A DNA stretch of 64,000 nucleotides from Gemmatimonadota bacterium (GTDB lineage: Bacteria; Gemmatimonadota; Gemmatimonadetes; Palauibacterales; KS3-K002), in assembly GCA_039586795.1 (NCBI GenBank), contig JBDHJS010000007.1, positions 32,001 to 96,000 of the forward strand. Reading direction: 5' to 3'. The position numbers were made by a program, and so were the translations under genes. Below the pieces are notes generated by a model that worked only from the letters and a program-made list of their open reading frames with translations, ran no database searches and had not been told where the DNA came from. Shown piece by piece: positions 1-9,304 of this stretch. Within the stretch, counting starts at the first letter, position 1. Every line of letters starts with the position of its first letter.

Positions 1-1
1 C

Positions 2-592
2 ACATTTCTGCTTGTTACGGGCTCGAATATGTCGGGTAAGAGCACCTTGCTGAGAGCCATCGGAATCAACGTTGTCTTGGCGGGGGCGGGCGGCCCGGTA
101 TGCGCGTCCGCGATGAGGCTGCCGCGGGTGAGCCTGGAGACCAGCATGCGCATCCATGACTCGCTCCAGGCTGGATTGTCGCACTTCATGGCCGAGCTCG
201 AACGTTTGAAGCAGGTCGTCACGGCAGCCCGTTCCGCGGATGGAACGATCCTGCTCTATCTCCTGGATGACATCTTCCAGGGGACGAACACCGTGGAACG
301 TCAGATTGCGGCTCGGAAGGTGATCAACCACCTGGTGGGCACCGGCGCGATCGGCGCCGTAACATCACACGACCTTGCTCTGGCAGACACCGCTGAGCTT
401 TCGGTGGCGCGGGATCCCGTTCACTTTACCGAGAGCATCAGCGAGACGCCGGACGGACCACGAATCGATTTTGACTACAAGCTGAAGCCGGGCATCGCGA
501 CCTCGAAGAACGCGCTCAAGTTGCTGGAGATCGTTGGCCTCGATCTCGGCCTAAGGAAGACAGAAGAATCCGAGCCCGGCGAGTCATCGTAG
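2..592 (+). CDS. MutS-related ATPase (MutS domain V), 5'-truncated by window edge
   Basis: Frame open from base 2: LVTGSNMSGKST Walker A, SHFMAEL, LLDDIFQGTN, SHDL, FDYKLKPG. Confidence 0.85.
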   Translation, partial: TFLLVTGSNMSGKSTLLRAIGINVVLAGAGGPVCASAMRLPRVSLETSMRIHDSLQAGLSHFMAELERLKQVVTAARSADGTILLYLLDDIFQGTNTVERQIAARKVINHLVGTGAIGAVTSHDLALADTAELSVARDPVHFTESISETPDGPRIDFDYKLKPGIATSKNALKLLEIVGLDLGLRKTEESEPGESS

Positions 593-637
593 GGGAATTG
601 TGGGCGAAGCATCCTGACACTAGAAGAGACTGGAAAT

Positions 638-931
638 ATGGTTGACCCGATACTGATCCCGATCCTCGCCATCACCTTCACGCTTGGCGTTCCGGCCATC
701 GCCCTGGCGACGCATTTCGTGTTGCGGCCGCTGGTGCGAGATATCGTGGGAGCAATAAAGACGGACAAGGAGAAGGAGCGGGCGCTTCCCGCCGACGTGG
801 ATGCACGGCTGGAACGGCTCGAGGAAGCCTACGGCCGTCTCGAGAGCAACCTGAATCATCTATTGGAAGTGGAGCGTTTCCACCGCGAGCTAGAGTCCGG
901 AAACAAAGAAAGCGACTCGCGACAGTCTTAA
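638..931 (+). CDS. Small membrane-anchored coiled-coil hypothetical protein
   Basis: N-terminal hydrophobic helix then RLERLEE...LLEVERFHREL amphipathic helix. Confidence 0.7.
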   Translation: MVDPILIPILAITFTLGVPAIALATHFVLRPLVRDIVGAIKTDKEKERALPADVDARLERLEEAYGRLESNLNHLLEVERFHRELESGNKESDSRQS

Positions 932-942
932 CGTTACGTGAC

Positions 943-969
943 GGCGGCACCGCTGGCCGCGGTGCCGCC
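943..969. terminator. GC-rich hairpin between convergent genes
   Basis: GGCGGCACCGC-tggcc-GCGGTGCCGCC, perfect 11-bp stem; no clear U-tract. Confidence 0.5.
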
Positions 970-1008
970 CCTCGCCAGGCGATACCGCGGCCGAATCGTG
1001 CACACCAG

Positions 1009-1821
1009 TTAGTTGAGCCTGTAGCCTACGCTCAGGCTGAATACGAGGTTGATGAACTCGGTCAGATCGTCGTCGAGGGGAAGCCGGAGCTGGGCGCCCG
1101 GGTGCCAACGACCGAACTTGAGATTTGCAAACAGACCCAGCTGGTGTAGGGAACGCTCTCCCACGCTGCCATCTTCCGTCAGAATCGCGCGACCGCTGAA
1201 TCCGCCACCGGCGCCGATGATATCAGATTCGTACCAAGCCGTCAGACTGTACAACGCGAACAACTCCGGATCCCCACCGTTCTCGGTCGGGATATCGAGA
1301 ATGGGCGCCACGCGAACGCGCGTGCCAAAGCCCTTGCCGCTCCGGTATCGGTAGTTGAAGGCTGCGATGATCGAAAAAACATCGGGCGTGAAAGCCTCGA
1401 AACGATCCACCCAGTCGCTGAACAGGCCGATGAGCGTGCCGAAGTTATCCTCGGATGCCAGCGGAACGCGGACTCCGAATTCACCGAAGACCCCCGACTC
1501 CAGCCGCCCGTACTCCAAACCAGCGTACAAGTTACCAACCGTGAAGTCAGAATCGCCAAAGTTCTCGATCCCGCCGTTGGCGAACGGCAATTCACCGAAC
1601 AGTGCCAGCTTTTCGTTGAATGCGTAGCGGCCCGACAAGAAGAACGTCGCACTTAAAAACGTCAGGTCTGTGTCGTCGAAGCTCGGCTTGAGGATCTCGA
1701 GATAGAGAGCGCGGTTGGGCTGCCGTTCCAACCACAGTGACTGCGCCTCCAACTCACCGGCAAGCGGCACCAGGGCGAGCCAGAGCGCTGCCAAGCTCAG
1801 CGAACCACGTAGATACGCCAT
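1009..1821 (-). CDS. Putative outer-membrane beta-barrel protein
   Basis: Start reassigned to MAYLRG (GGGAGG upstream); signal peptide ending LEA-Q; alternating aromatic strands; ends SVGYRLN. Confidence 0.7.
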   Translation of the reverse strand: MAYLRGSLSLAALWLALVPLAGELEAQSLWLERQPNRALYLEILKPSFDDTDLTFLSATFFLSGRYAFNEKLALFGELPFANGGIENFGDSDFTVGNLYAGLEYGRLESGVFGEFGVRVPLASEDNFGTLIGLFSDWVDRFEAFTPDVFSIIAAFNYRYRSGKGFGTRVRVAPILDIPTENGGDPELFALYSLTAWYESDIIGAGGGFSGRAILTEDGSVGERSLHQLGLFANLKFGRWHPGAQLRLPLDDDLTEFINLVFSLSVGYRLN

Positions 1822-1977
1822 GATGGCCTCCCAGCCATGCTCGCCGGCCGGGCGCTCGCCTGTGGCCACGTCACCGGCTAGCGGGCACGCCTTTAGGAAA
1901 GGGGCATCAGCGCGAGGACTCGCTGCTGACAAGAACTGTAAGATATTTTACTCGAATTGTCAAGCCGGTTAAGCATT

Positions 1978-3399
1978 CTATCCCAGCAGACGGCTTGCGG
2001 TCTCGCGCCCGTCTTTGACACAGTCGGGAAGCCCAATACCGCGGAAGCCACTGCCCGTGACGTGGAGACCGGTGTGGCCGGCAAGCGCTTCATCGATCTC
2101 CCGACTGCGCTGAGCGTGGCCCACATCGTACTGCGGATTTGACTGCTTCCAACGGTAGACACGCGCGAAGAGAGGCTCCGTCGTGATGCCGGCGATCTTA
2201 CTCAGCTCCTCGCGGCACATCCGGATCACATCGTCGTCTTCCCTCTCCAACTGATCCGCGGTACGATCGCCACCCACAAAGCAGCGCACCAGGAAACCAT
2301 CCTCCGGCGAACGATGTTCGAACTTGTTGGTTATCCAGGTGGCGCCGTTGATCCGGCGGCCTTCGCAGCTGGGGATGAGAAAACCGTATCCCTTGAGTCG
2401 ATCGGCAACCTCGCTCCTTTTGTAGGCGAAGAAGACCGCGCCCGAACTCACGTAGCGGATCGAGCCCATCATCTCCTTTAGCTTCCGCAAATCGTCGCCC
2501 AGCATCCGTGCGGCGACCCAAGCGGGCACGGCTAGAATGACATCGGTATACCCGCCGAACGACCCGGTCTTCGTGTCCAGCGCGTAGCCATCGTCGGCTC
2601 TTCGTATTCGAGTGATGTCGGCACCCAAGTACACGCCAGCACCTCTGAGTCGATCTTCCAGGGCCGACACCAACTGGTCCAAGCCGCCGCGCAACGAGCA
2701 AAACGCAGGCAGGCTGCGGTTGCCTGCCCGACCGCCCTGCGGTGCCCTGAGCATGGTGAGCAACAGACTGCGGTTCTTCGCCACCATCTGCGGGAACCGG
2801 GGGAAAGTGCTGTAGATGCTCAGCTTGTGCGGGTCGCCCGAGTAGATTCCGGCGATCAGCGGATCGATGATTCGCTCGACGGCTTCCGCGCCCAAGCGTC
2901 GGCCGAAGAAGTCGGCCATGGACTCATCCTGTTTGGCCGGGCCGCGTGGCATTAGCAGGTCGCCGGCCATTCGCAGTTTCGAGCCCCAGGAAACGACGCC
3001 GCTGGAAGCGTAGGCGGCGATCTTCTTCGCCCAGCTGCTGCCGGTGCCGTACGGCAGCGACCGAAGCGCGCCACGCGAGTAGAGGGCAACGCCTCGGTGT
3101 TCGTCGCGGGTCGGAATGATCTCGTCTTCGAGGCCCAACTCCCGACATAGCTCGAGCGCCGCGGGCTTGAGCGTCAGCATCGCATCCGGTCCTGCGTCGA
3201 GGACGTAGCCATCCTCACGGTCGGTCAGGATCACGCCACCCAAACGGTCGCGGGCCTCGTAGATGTCGAGAGTAAGAGGTAGGTCTCGTTGGCTTGCCTG
3301 GAGGGTCAGCTCATACGCGGCCGCCAGGCCGGCTATTCCACCACCGACGACGGCGACCTTCCTTGCGCCCGCTTCAGGGCTCCGAGCCTGGTCGTCCAC
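1978..3399 (-). CDS. hemY: Coproporphyrinogen/protoporphyrinogen oxidase HemY (CgoX type)
   Basis: VVGGGIAGL FAD motif, EARDRLGG, AGPDAML, GIYSGDP, PQYDVGH, GIGLPDC; operon context. Confidence 0.92.
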   Translation of the reverse strand: MDDQARSPEAGARKVAVVGGGIAGLAAAYELTLQASQRDLPLTLDIYEARDRLGGVILTDREDGYVLDAGPDAMLTLKPAALELCRELGLEDEIIPTRDEHRGVALYSRGALRSLPYGTGSSWAKKIAAYASSGVVSWGSKLRMAGDLLMPRGPAKQDESMADFFGRRLGAEAVERIIDPLIAGIYSGDPHKLSIYSTFPRFPQMVAKNRSLLLTMLRAPQGGRAGNRSLPAFCSLRGGLDQLVSALEDRLRGAGVYLGADITRIRRADDGYALDTKTGSFGGYTDVILAVPAWVAARMLGDDLRKLKEMMGSIRYVSSGAVFFAYKRSEVADRLKGYGFLIPSCEGRRINGATWITNKFEHRSPEDGFLVRCFVGGDRTADQLEREDDDVIRMCREELSKIAGITTEPLFARVYRWKQSNPQYDVGHAQRSREIDEALAGHTGLHVTGSGFRGIGLPDCVKDGRETASRLLG

Positions 3400-4413
3400 T
3401 CAGGAGTAAGTTGGATACGTGGGGGATTGGAGCGAGTCGTCCGGCAGCGTGACGGTCTCGGCGTGCTCCCCCGCTTCCGCTTTTCTTACGACGGCGGCCA
3501 GTGCCTCGATGTAGGTCGCACTCGTCCCCAAAGCTTCGGCTCGATAGAAGGCGATCCCACGATCCTCGGCATCCTGCCTGCCTTCGATGTCGAAGTCAAA
3601 GAGGGTCTCCAGGTGCTCGGAGACGAAGCCGACGGTACAGCACATCACCGCCTCATGACCCTCCGCCGACAATTCATCCAGCGTCTCCGCCAATGTCGGA
3701 CCGAGCCACTTGTCCTGCGTCTCGCCCTGGCTTGTGAACGCGAATCGCCAGTTCATTCCTTCGACGCGGTCCGCCACAAGCTGTGATGTCTCCAACAGCT
3801 GCTCGCGATACGGGTCACCTTCCCTGAGAATCTTCTCAGGCAGACTGTGCGCCGTGAACACGACTGGCATATCAGCGCGCTGCGACTCGGGCACCCGGTC
3901 GATCGCCGCGCGCAGCTTCTCCTCGAGAGCATCGATGAACAACAGCTCGTCGTGGTAGGACTTGACGCACTGTATCTCGAGGGGTTGCTCGATGTCGTCC
4001 AATCCTTCCCGCACGTAGTTCAGATACTGTGCGATGCTCATCGTCGAGTAGTGGGGGGCCAGCGTGATAGCGACGACCCGTTCAATCCCATCGGCTGCCA
4101 TCTGTCTGACCGCTTCGGGGATGTAGGGGTGCCAATGCTTCATCCCCAGGTAGCCGCGATAGCCGCCGCTCTCTTTGTTGAGCAGCTCTTCCAGCGCCCG
4201 CATCTGCTCGACCGTCGTCTGGTAGAGCGGCGACGGTCCACCGATCAGTCCGTATCTGTGCTTGAGATCCTCGACCGCTTCGTCGGACGGGGGATGGCCA
4301 TGCCGTATGTGAGTAAGGTACGGCCGCACGTCGTCCATGCTCTCCGGCGTTCCGTACGCCATCACCAACAGTCCCGTGGTTTCACCCACTGCTGCAGCAC
4401 CCTTTCCTTGCAC
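3400..4413 (-). CDS. hemH: Ferrochelatase, Bacillus-like (coproporphyrin ferrochelatase CpfC)
   Basis: GLLVMAYGTP, YLTHIRHG, FTAHSLP, WLGP, GFVSEHLETLFDFD. Confidence 0.93.
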   Translation of the reverse strand: MQGKGAAAVGETTGLLVMAYGTPESMDDVRPYLTHIRHGHPPSDEAVEDLKHRYGLIGGPSPLYQTTVEQMRALEELLNKESGGYRGYLGMKHWHPYIPEAVRQMAADGIERVVAITLAPHYSTMSIAQYLNYVREGLDDIEQPLEIQCVKSYHDELLFIDALEEKLRAAIDRVPESQRADMPVVFTAHSLPEKILREGDPYREQLLETSQLVADRVEGMNWRFAFTSQGETQDKWLGPTLAETLDELSAEGHEAVMCCTVGFVSEHLETLFDFDIEGRQDAEDRGIAFYRAEALGTSATYIEALAAVVRKAEAGEHAETVTLPDDSLQSPTYPTYS

Positions 4414-4418
4414 GTTGT

Positions 4419-5462
4419 CTACGGCTTGCCGCCTATCGCAAATCCGTGCACGGTCTCGATCACGGCGTCGACGGACTCCATCGGTGTCGGCGGCAACACG
4501 CCGTGCCCGAGGTTGAAGATGTAGCCATTCCCAGGATCTGCCTGCTCGAGGATCGATTTCACTCTCTCGACCAGCTTTTTACGCGGAGCAAGCAGCATCA
4601 CCGGATCGAGGTTCCCCTGCACGGCGAAGTCGGGGCCGATAATCTGGCGAGCTTCTCGCATGGGAAGTCGCCAATCGACGCCGATCACGTCGCTGTTTGC
4701 CTCTTTCATTGCTTCAAGCAGCGTGGCGGTGTTAGTGCCAAAGTGGATCCGTGGCACGTCGTATGACGACAGGTTCTCTAACACCCAGGCCGAGTGAGGG
4801 AGTACGTACTCGCGATAGTCTTCGGGAGAAAGGCAACCGACCCAACTGTCGAACATCTGAATTGCCTGCGCGCCAGCCTCGATCTGAGCAGCCAGATAAT
4901 CGCGAGTCATCTCGCTGACGGTTCTCATCAACTTGTGCCACGCATCCGTGTGTCCGTACATGAACGACTTCATTTGGAGGTAGTTCCTCGACCCGCCGCC
5001 TTCGATCATGTAGCTGGCCAAAGTAAACGGCGCCGCTGCAAAGCCGATCAACGGCACGCGCCCATCCAGCTCGCCGCGCACGATCTTTATCGCCTCGAGC
5101 ACGTAACCCAAACCCACCGCTGGATCGAACGGTGTGAGCGCGTTCACGTCCTCAGGCGATCGCACCGGCTTCTCGATCACCGGGCCTTCGCCCTCGCTGA
5201 AGTAGAAGCCGACACCGAGCGGTTCCAGCGGCAGCAGGATATCGGCGAAGATGATGGCCGCATCCAGGTCGAAGCGGTCGATCGGCTGCAGCGTGACCTC
5301 GGCCGCCAGCTCCGGCGTGCGACAAAGCTCCAGAATCGGGTGCTTCTCGCGAAGCGCCCGGTAGACAGGCATGTAGCGACCGGCCTGGCGCATCAGCCAG
5401 ACGGGTACGCGGTCGACCGGCTGGCGCCGGCAGGCGTTGAGAAACGCATGATTCTGAGTCAT
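4419..5462 (-). CDS. hemE: Uroporphyrinogen decarboxylase
   Basis: PVWLMRQAGRYMP, AAIIFADIL, QGNLDP, IFNLGHG. Confidence 0.97.
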   Translation of the reverse strand: MTQNHAFLNACRRQPVDRVPVWLMRQAGRYMPVYRALREKHPILELCRTPELAAEVTLQPIDRFDLDAAIIFADILLPLEPLGVGFYFSEGEGPVIEKPVRSPEDVNALTPFDPAVGLGYVLEAIKIVRGELDGRVPLIGFAAAPFTLASYMIEGGGSRNYLQMKSFMYGHTDAWHKLMRTVSEMTRDYLAAQIEAGAQAIQMFDSWVGCLSPEDYREYVLPHSAWVLENLSSYDVPRIHFGTNTATLLEAMKEANSDVIGVDWRLPMREARQIIGPDFAVQGNLDPVMLLAPRKKLVERVKSILEQADPGNGYIFNLGHGVLPPTPMESVDAVIETVHGFAIGGKP

Positions 5463-5611
5463 AGTCCGCGGAAGTTATCCGAGGGGATAAGGGTCGGCTA
5501 GTCCTCGCGCAGCCCAATCCAGCCAGGCCTCGCCGGGTAGCATCCCGGGCTGTACCTTGTCCGCGTGTTCCAGGACCTTGGCAGGAGTGACCGTCTAGAT
5601 AAGGAGGACTC

Positions 5612-6166
5612 ATGAAGGGGATCAGTCGTTTGACCCTTGCGGCGCTGGCGCTGTGCATCGTGCTGCCGGCCGCGGCCCAGGCTCAGCGGCCAGCCAAACC
5701 CTGGCTGGTGGAGATATCGGGGGCGTACGTCATTCCGTCGGGAGATTTCGGCCGCCTGGTGAAGAACGGTTGGGGAACGGGCGCCTTCGTTGGCTACTCC
5801 GTCAACCCCCAGTTCGTGGTAGCCGGCAACTTCAACGTCGGTTGGCTGGAAGGCGATTGCGCACTCTGCGTTGACTTCACCAACTACGGCTACTTCGCGA
5901 TGGTTGGCTACAACGGCGCGGCCGGCGTTTCCAAGGGCGATGCGTACGTCCTGATCGGTGCCGGAGGGGTGACTTTCAGCCCCAAGGAAGGCGAGAGCCA
6001 GACCAACTTCGCGATGAACGGCGGAGTACGGACCTATTTCAATCTCTCTCCGTCAGTAGCTCTGGCGATCGATCTGATGGCGGTGGTCGCGTTCACGCCG
6101 GCGGACACATTTACCGGCACCACATGGTTCTTCCCGTTGGGAGTCGGTCTTGCCTTCAGGTTCTAA
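5612..6166 (+). CDS. Small outer-membrane beta-barrel (OmpA/OmpW-like membrane domain)
   Basis: AAGGAGG SD; signal peptide AQA-Q; amphipathic strands; C-terminal Phe (GLAFRF). Confidence 0.8.
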   Translation: MKGISRLTLAALALCIVLPAAAQAQRPAKPWLVEISGAYVIPSGDFGRLVKNGWGTGAFVGYSVNPQFVVAGNFNVGWLEGDCALCVDFTNYGYFAMVGYNGAAGVSKGDAYVLIGAGGVTFSPKEGESQTNFAMNGGVRTYFNLSPSVALAIDLMAVVAFTPADTFTGTTWFFPLGVGLAFRF

Positions 6167-6182
6167 CGCGGAAGGTGTGACG

Positions 6183-6215
6183 GGCCGATCGGGCAAACCG
6201 GTCGGCCTGTTGTCT
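6183..6215 (+). terminator. Probable intrinsic terminator
   Basis: GGCCGATCGG-gcaaa-CCGGTCGGCC stem (one G-U) followed by TGTTGTCT. Confidence 0.5.
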
Positions 6216-6267
6216 ACTCTTCTCCCAAGATGACCCAACGCACTTCTTGCACGGCATAGTTAGGATA

Positions 6268-6927
6268 ATGAAGCAGCTCATCATATGTATCGGCTTCCTC
6301 GCTTTGGCGAGCCCGCTCGCGGCTCAGGAGCCGCCGGTGGCCCAGGACATTCCGCTCATCCAGCGCGCCGACGCCGCGCGAGTGTTCGCCTCGGAATCGG
6401 CAACTCGCACGCTCGACGAGTTCATAGATTTCGCGTGCACCACTTGTCGCAGCTTCCAACAGATGCGTGCCGATTCGCTGAAAGCGTTCATCGCCGAACA
6501 CGACTTGCACTTCACGTTCAGAGTATATCCGATCCCGCGACTGATGAGAGGGTTCCAAGCAGCGGAGGCCGCTTTCTGTGCCGCCGCGTTCACCGGCCAG
6601 GAAGGATTCGTAGGCATGGTGGATCAGCTCTTCAGATATCATGACGTGTGGCGACACGAGCTCGACCCAACGCCGATCTTCGAACGGTTCGCCAGTGCGG
6701 TTGGGGCCCCGCTGGCTTCGTTCCGGGCTTGCGTGGCGCGTGACGCCATGGCCCCGCTCATCATCAACGACATTCGCATCGCGAAGGAAGCGGAGATCAC
6801 GGGCACGCCCTCCTTTGTGTTCAATGCAAAGGACGAGTTCAGCGGAGACGTGAAGTTCTACGGGAACCAACCGATGGAAGAGTTCCTCAGGGCGCTGAAT
6901 CAGCTTACAGGGGGCGGGCCGAACTAG
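6268..6927 (+). CDS. DsbA/BdbD-like thioredoxin-fold protein
   Basis: Signal peptide; DFACTTC CxxC; AAFCA and FRACV second Cys pair; GTPSF cis-Pro loop. Confidence 0.8.
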   Translation: MKQLIICIGFLALASPLAAQEPPVAQDIPLIQRADAARVFASESATRTLDEFIDFACTTCRSFQQMRADSLKAFIAEHDLHFTFRVYPIPRLMRGFQAAEAAFCAAAFTGQEGFVGMVDQLFRYHDVWRHELDPTPIFERFASAVGAPLASFRACVARDAMAPLIINDIRIAKEAEITGTPSFVFNAKDEFSGDVKFYGNQPMEEFLRALNQLTGGGPN

Positions 6928-6928
6928 C

Positions 6929-7819
6929 CTAGGGTTGGCCGTCCTCGGGCTGCCGGCCCGTTCGTATTGCCTCCTCGGCGGGAACGCCACGCTCCAGGGC
7001 CTCATAGTCCAGTTCGCTCCCCTGGACGGAGTGCGGGATGACGTAGACTACGACGGTGGCAAGCGCAGCGACCAGTACGGCATACCTGGGCAGCCGAACA
7101 TCCTCCCTAATCCTGTACCAGACGATCACGCCGGCGGCCACCCACAAGAGCCACATGATCAGGACCTTATTGTCTGTGAGGTCATAGCCGAACGGGAAGC
7201 CGGTCCAGAACGCGCCGAACGCGTACTTCTGGGCGATGGGGCCCAGGACCATTCCGCCGATCGTCATCCCGATCAGCGTGATCCAGGTCAGTGTTCGCAT
7301 CGGGCGTGGGGCGAAGAGTGCCGCCAGACCGGCGCGCAATCCAATCAACATCGAAAAGAACATCATCAGAACGTGCGGCAGCAGGAAGTAAAGCGGCACA
7401 TGATCCTTGAAGCGCATGACCACATTACCGCGAGCAGCGTCGGGGATCCTGGTGCCACCGTTCGGCAGCTGGAGAATGACGAAGTACTCTAGCTTTCCGG
7501 CCGGCGGCTGCGCCGGCAGCTCGGCGATCAAGCGTCCTTCGTCCGCGCGAAACGGCACCGACGCGAACTCGTCACTCTGGCGAAAGCGCTTGTAGTGCAG
7601 CACCGCCGTGACACCTTCAACCGGATCCGGGATCTCGACCTGCGCATCGTCGGTTGTGTACGCGCTGCGCACCAGTTCGTAATTGTACGTCTGTCCTGCC
7701 ACCTCGAAGCTGCCATGCACGGGGTAAGTCGGGCCGGTGCGCCGCTGGTATCCAGCAGCTGCCAGCATAAGCACCACGGCCGCCACCCACAGTACGACCT
7801 CGATTGTTCTGCTGTTCAT
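6929..7819 (-). CDS. Hypothetical membrane protein (N-terminal anchor, soluble domain, about 4 TM helices)
   Basis: Start reassigned to MNSRT; TGPTYP, PHVLMMF, FWTGFPFGYDLTDNK; hydrophobic segments. Confidence 0.7.
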   Translation of the reverse strand: MNSRTIEVVLWVAAVVLMLAAAGYQRRTGPTYPVHGSFEVAGQTYNYELVRSAYTTDDAQVEIPDPVEGVTAVLHYKRFRQSDEFASVPFRADEGRLIAELPAQPPAGKLEYFVILQLPNGGTRIPDAARGNVVMRFKDHVPLYFLLPHVLMMFFSMLIGLRAGLAALFAPRPMRTLTWITLIGMTIGGMVLGPIAQKYAFGAFWTGFPFGYDLTDNKVLIMWLLWVAAGVIVWYRIREDVRLPRYAVLVAALATVVVYVIPHSVQGSELDYEALERGVPAEEAIRTGRQPEDGQP

Positions 7820-7924
7820 TGTTTTTCGTTGCCGATCTGTATCGGCGAAGCACTGGGATTCTTCATCACGTGAGGCGCTTGACGGGCCAATGGTACACAC
7901 CATCTTCCCCTTCGGGAAGATCTA

Positions 7925-8584
7925 ATGAACAGAAAGAGCCAGGTACGTCACGGATCACGGCACGGTGTAGCCACACGCGCCCGAGTACTCGCTTTCATCC
8001 TTGCGGTGATCGGCCTAGCTTGCGAGCGACGCCCCCCGGAGGAGCCCGTCGAATACCACGGGAACGTGATGTCACAACCCGTGGAAAAGGCGGATTTCAC
8101 GCTCAACGACACCGACGGCCAGCCGTTTCATTTCGTCGAGCAGACCGAGGGTTACGTCGCCCTGGTGTTCTTCGGCTATACGTATTGCCCCGACGTGTGC
8201 CCCATCCACATGGCAAACATCGCCGCAGTGCTCCGGGATTTTCCCTACGATCTCCAGCAGCAGTTCAAGGTGATCTTCATCACGACCGATCCGGAGCGCG
8301 ACACGCCGGATCGGATGCGGGAGTGGCTCGACGCGTTCGACAGCTCGTTCATCGGGCTCCGCGGCACGGTAGATGAGGTAAACGAGATCGCGGCCAGCAT
8401 GTGGTTGCCGCCCGCCATCCGCGTGGATAACGAAAGCGGCGGTTACGAGGTCGGTCACTCGGCGAATGTTGTGGCGTTCACCAAAGACAACCGAGCGCAC
8501 GTACGCTACCCGTTCGGAACACGACAATCGGACTGGGCTCACGATTTGCCGAAGCTGGCTGTAGAGACGTGGGGGACCGAATGA
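7925..8584 (+). CDS. SCO1/SenC family copper chaperone lipoprotein
   Basis: Lipobox GLAC; FFGYTYCPDVCP; DPERDTP; conserved His in VGHS. Confidence 0.92.
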   Translation: MNRKSQVRHGSRHGVATRARVLAFILAVIGLACERRPPEEPVEYHGNVMSQPVEKADFTLNDTDGQPFHFVEQTEGYVALVFFGYTYCPDVCPIHMANIAAVLRDFPYDLQQQFKVIFITTDPERDTPDRMREWLDAFDSSFIGLRGTVDEVNEIAASMWLPPAIRVDNESGGYEVGHSANVVAFTKDNRAHVRYPFGTRQSDWAHDLPKLAVETWGTE

Positions 8585-9066
8585 AGCGATACAATTCACG
8601 TTGGGGCCTGTTGGCCGGGCTGGCAGTAGTGGTCCCTTCATTCGGCTGCGCGGGCGAGTCGGCGGAAGTTTCGGGGATTGAAGTCTCGCGGGTCTACGTC
8701 GCCGAGCCGACCACCGGCGAGCGGACCGCCATGTACTTCACGGTCACCAACAGCGGTGAAGCCGAAGAAGAACTGCTCAGGGTAACGACGCCCGCTGCCG
8801 GCGTAGCCGAGATCCACAGAACGGTCGAAGACGGTGGTATGATGCGTATGGAGCCCGTCTCATCCGTGACGATACCGGCGGGCGCCAGCGTTCGCCTGGA
8901 ACCCGGCGGCTATCATGTGATGCTGATGGAGTTGAAGGATCATCTATGGTCCGGCGACCACGTTGACGCGACTCTGCACTTCCGCCACATGGGCGAGGTG
9001 GCAGTAAGACCGAAAGTCGTCGCCTACTCCGAACTCGAGCGTTTGCTCGACGAGCCGGAAGGTTGA
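8581..9066 (+). CDS. Copper chaperone PCu(A)C
   Basis: EIHRT...MMRM...LEPGGYHVML motif; ATGA overlap with SCO. Confidence 0.92.
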   Translation: MKRYNSRWGLLAGLAVVVPSFGCAGESAEVSGIEVSRVYVAEPTTGERTAMYFTVTNSGEAEEELLRVTTPAAGVAEIHRTVEDGGMMRMEPVSSVTIPAGASVRLEPGGYHVMLMELKDHLWSGDHVDATLHFRHMGEVAVRPKVVAYSELERLLDEPEG

Positions 9067-9117
9067 CACGCACTTTCGTAACCCATAGAGTCAACTCGAC
9101 AATCGAGAAGTATTAGG

Positions 9118-9272
9118 CGGGCGGAACAAATCGGAAGCCGGTGAGAATCCGGCACGGCCCCGCCACTGTGTGAGGCCCGGCGTCAGCCGGAAGTAGCCAG
9201 CTCACCATGCCACTGGGAGTGTTCCTGGGAAGGCGAGCTGACCTGCCTCGAGTCAGGAGACCTGTTCCGCCG
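9118..9272 (+). ncRNA. Cobalamin (B12) riboswitch
   Basis: GGAAGCCGGTGAGAATCCGGCACGGCCCCGCCACTGT, GCCACTGGG...GGGAAGGC, GAGTCAGGAGACCTG; directly upstream of btu genes. Confidence 0.92.
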
Positions 9273-9304
9273 CGCATGGCCCGAGCACTCTTCCAGGGCG
9301 AGAC

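Noticed and set aside
5572..5598. AGGACCTT...CGTCTA upstream of the small barrel as a further ECF site
   Set aside because: Lacks the CCAAC core and the spacing is 2 nt shorter than at the other sites.
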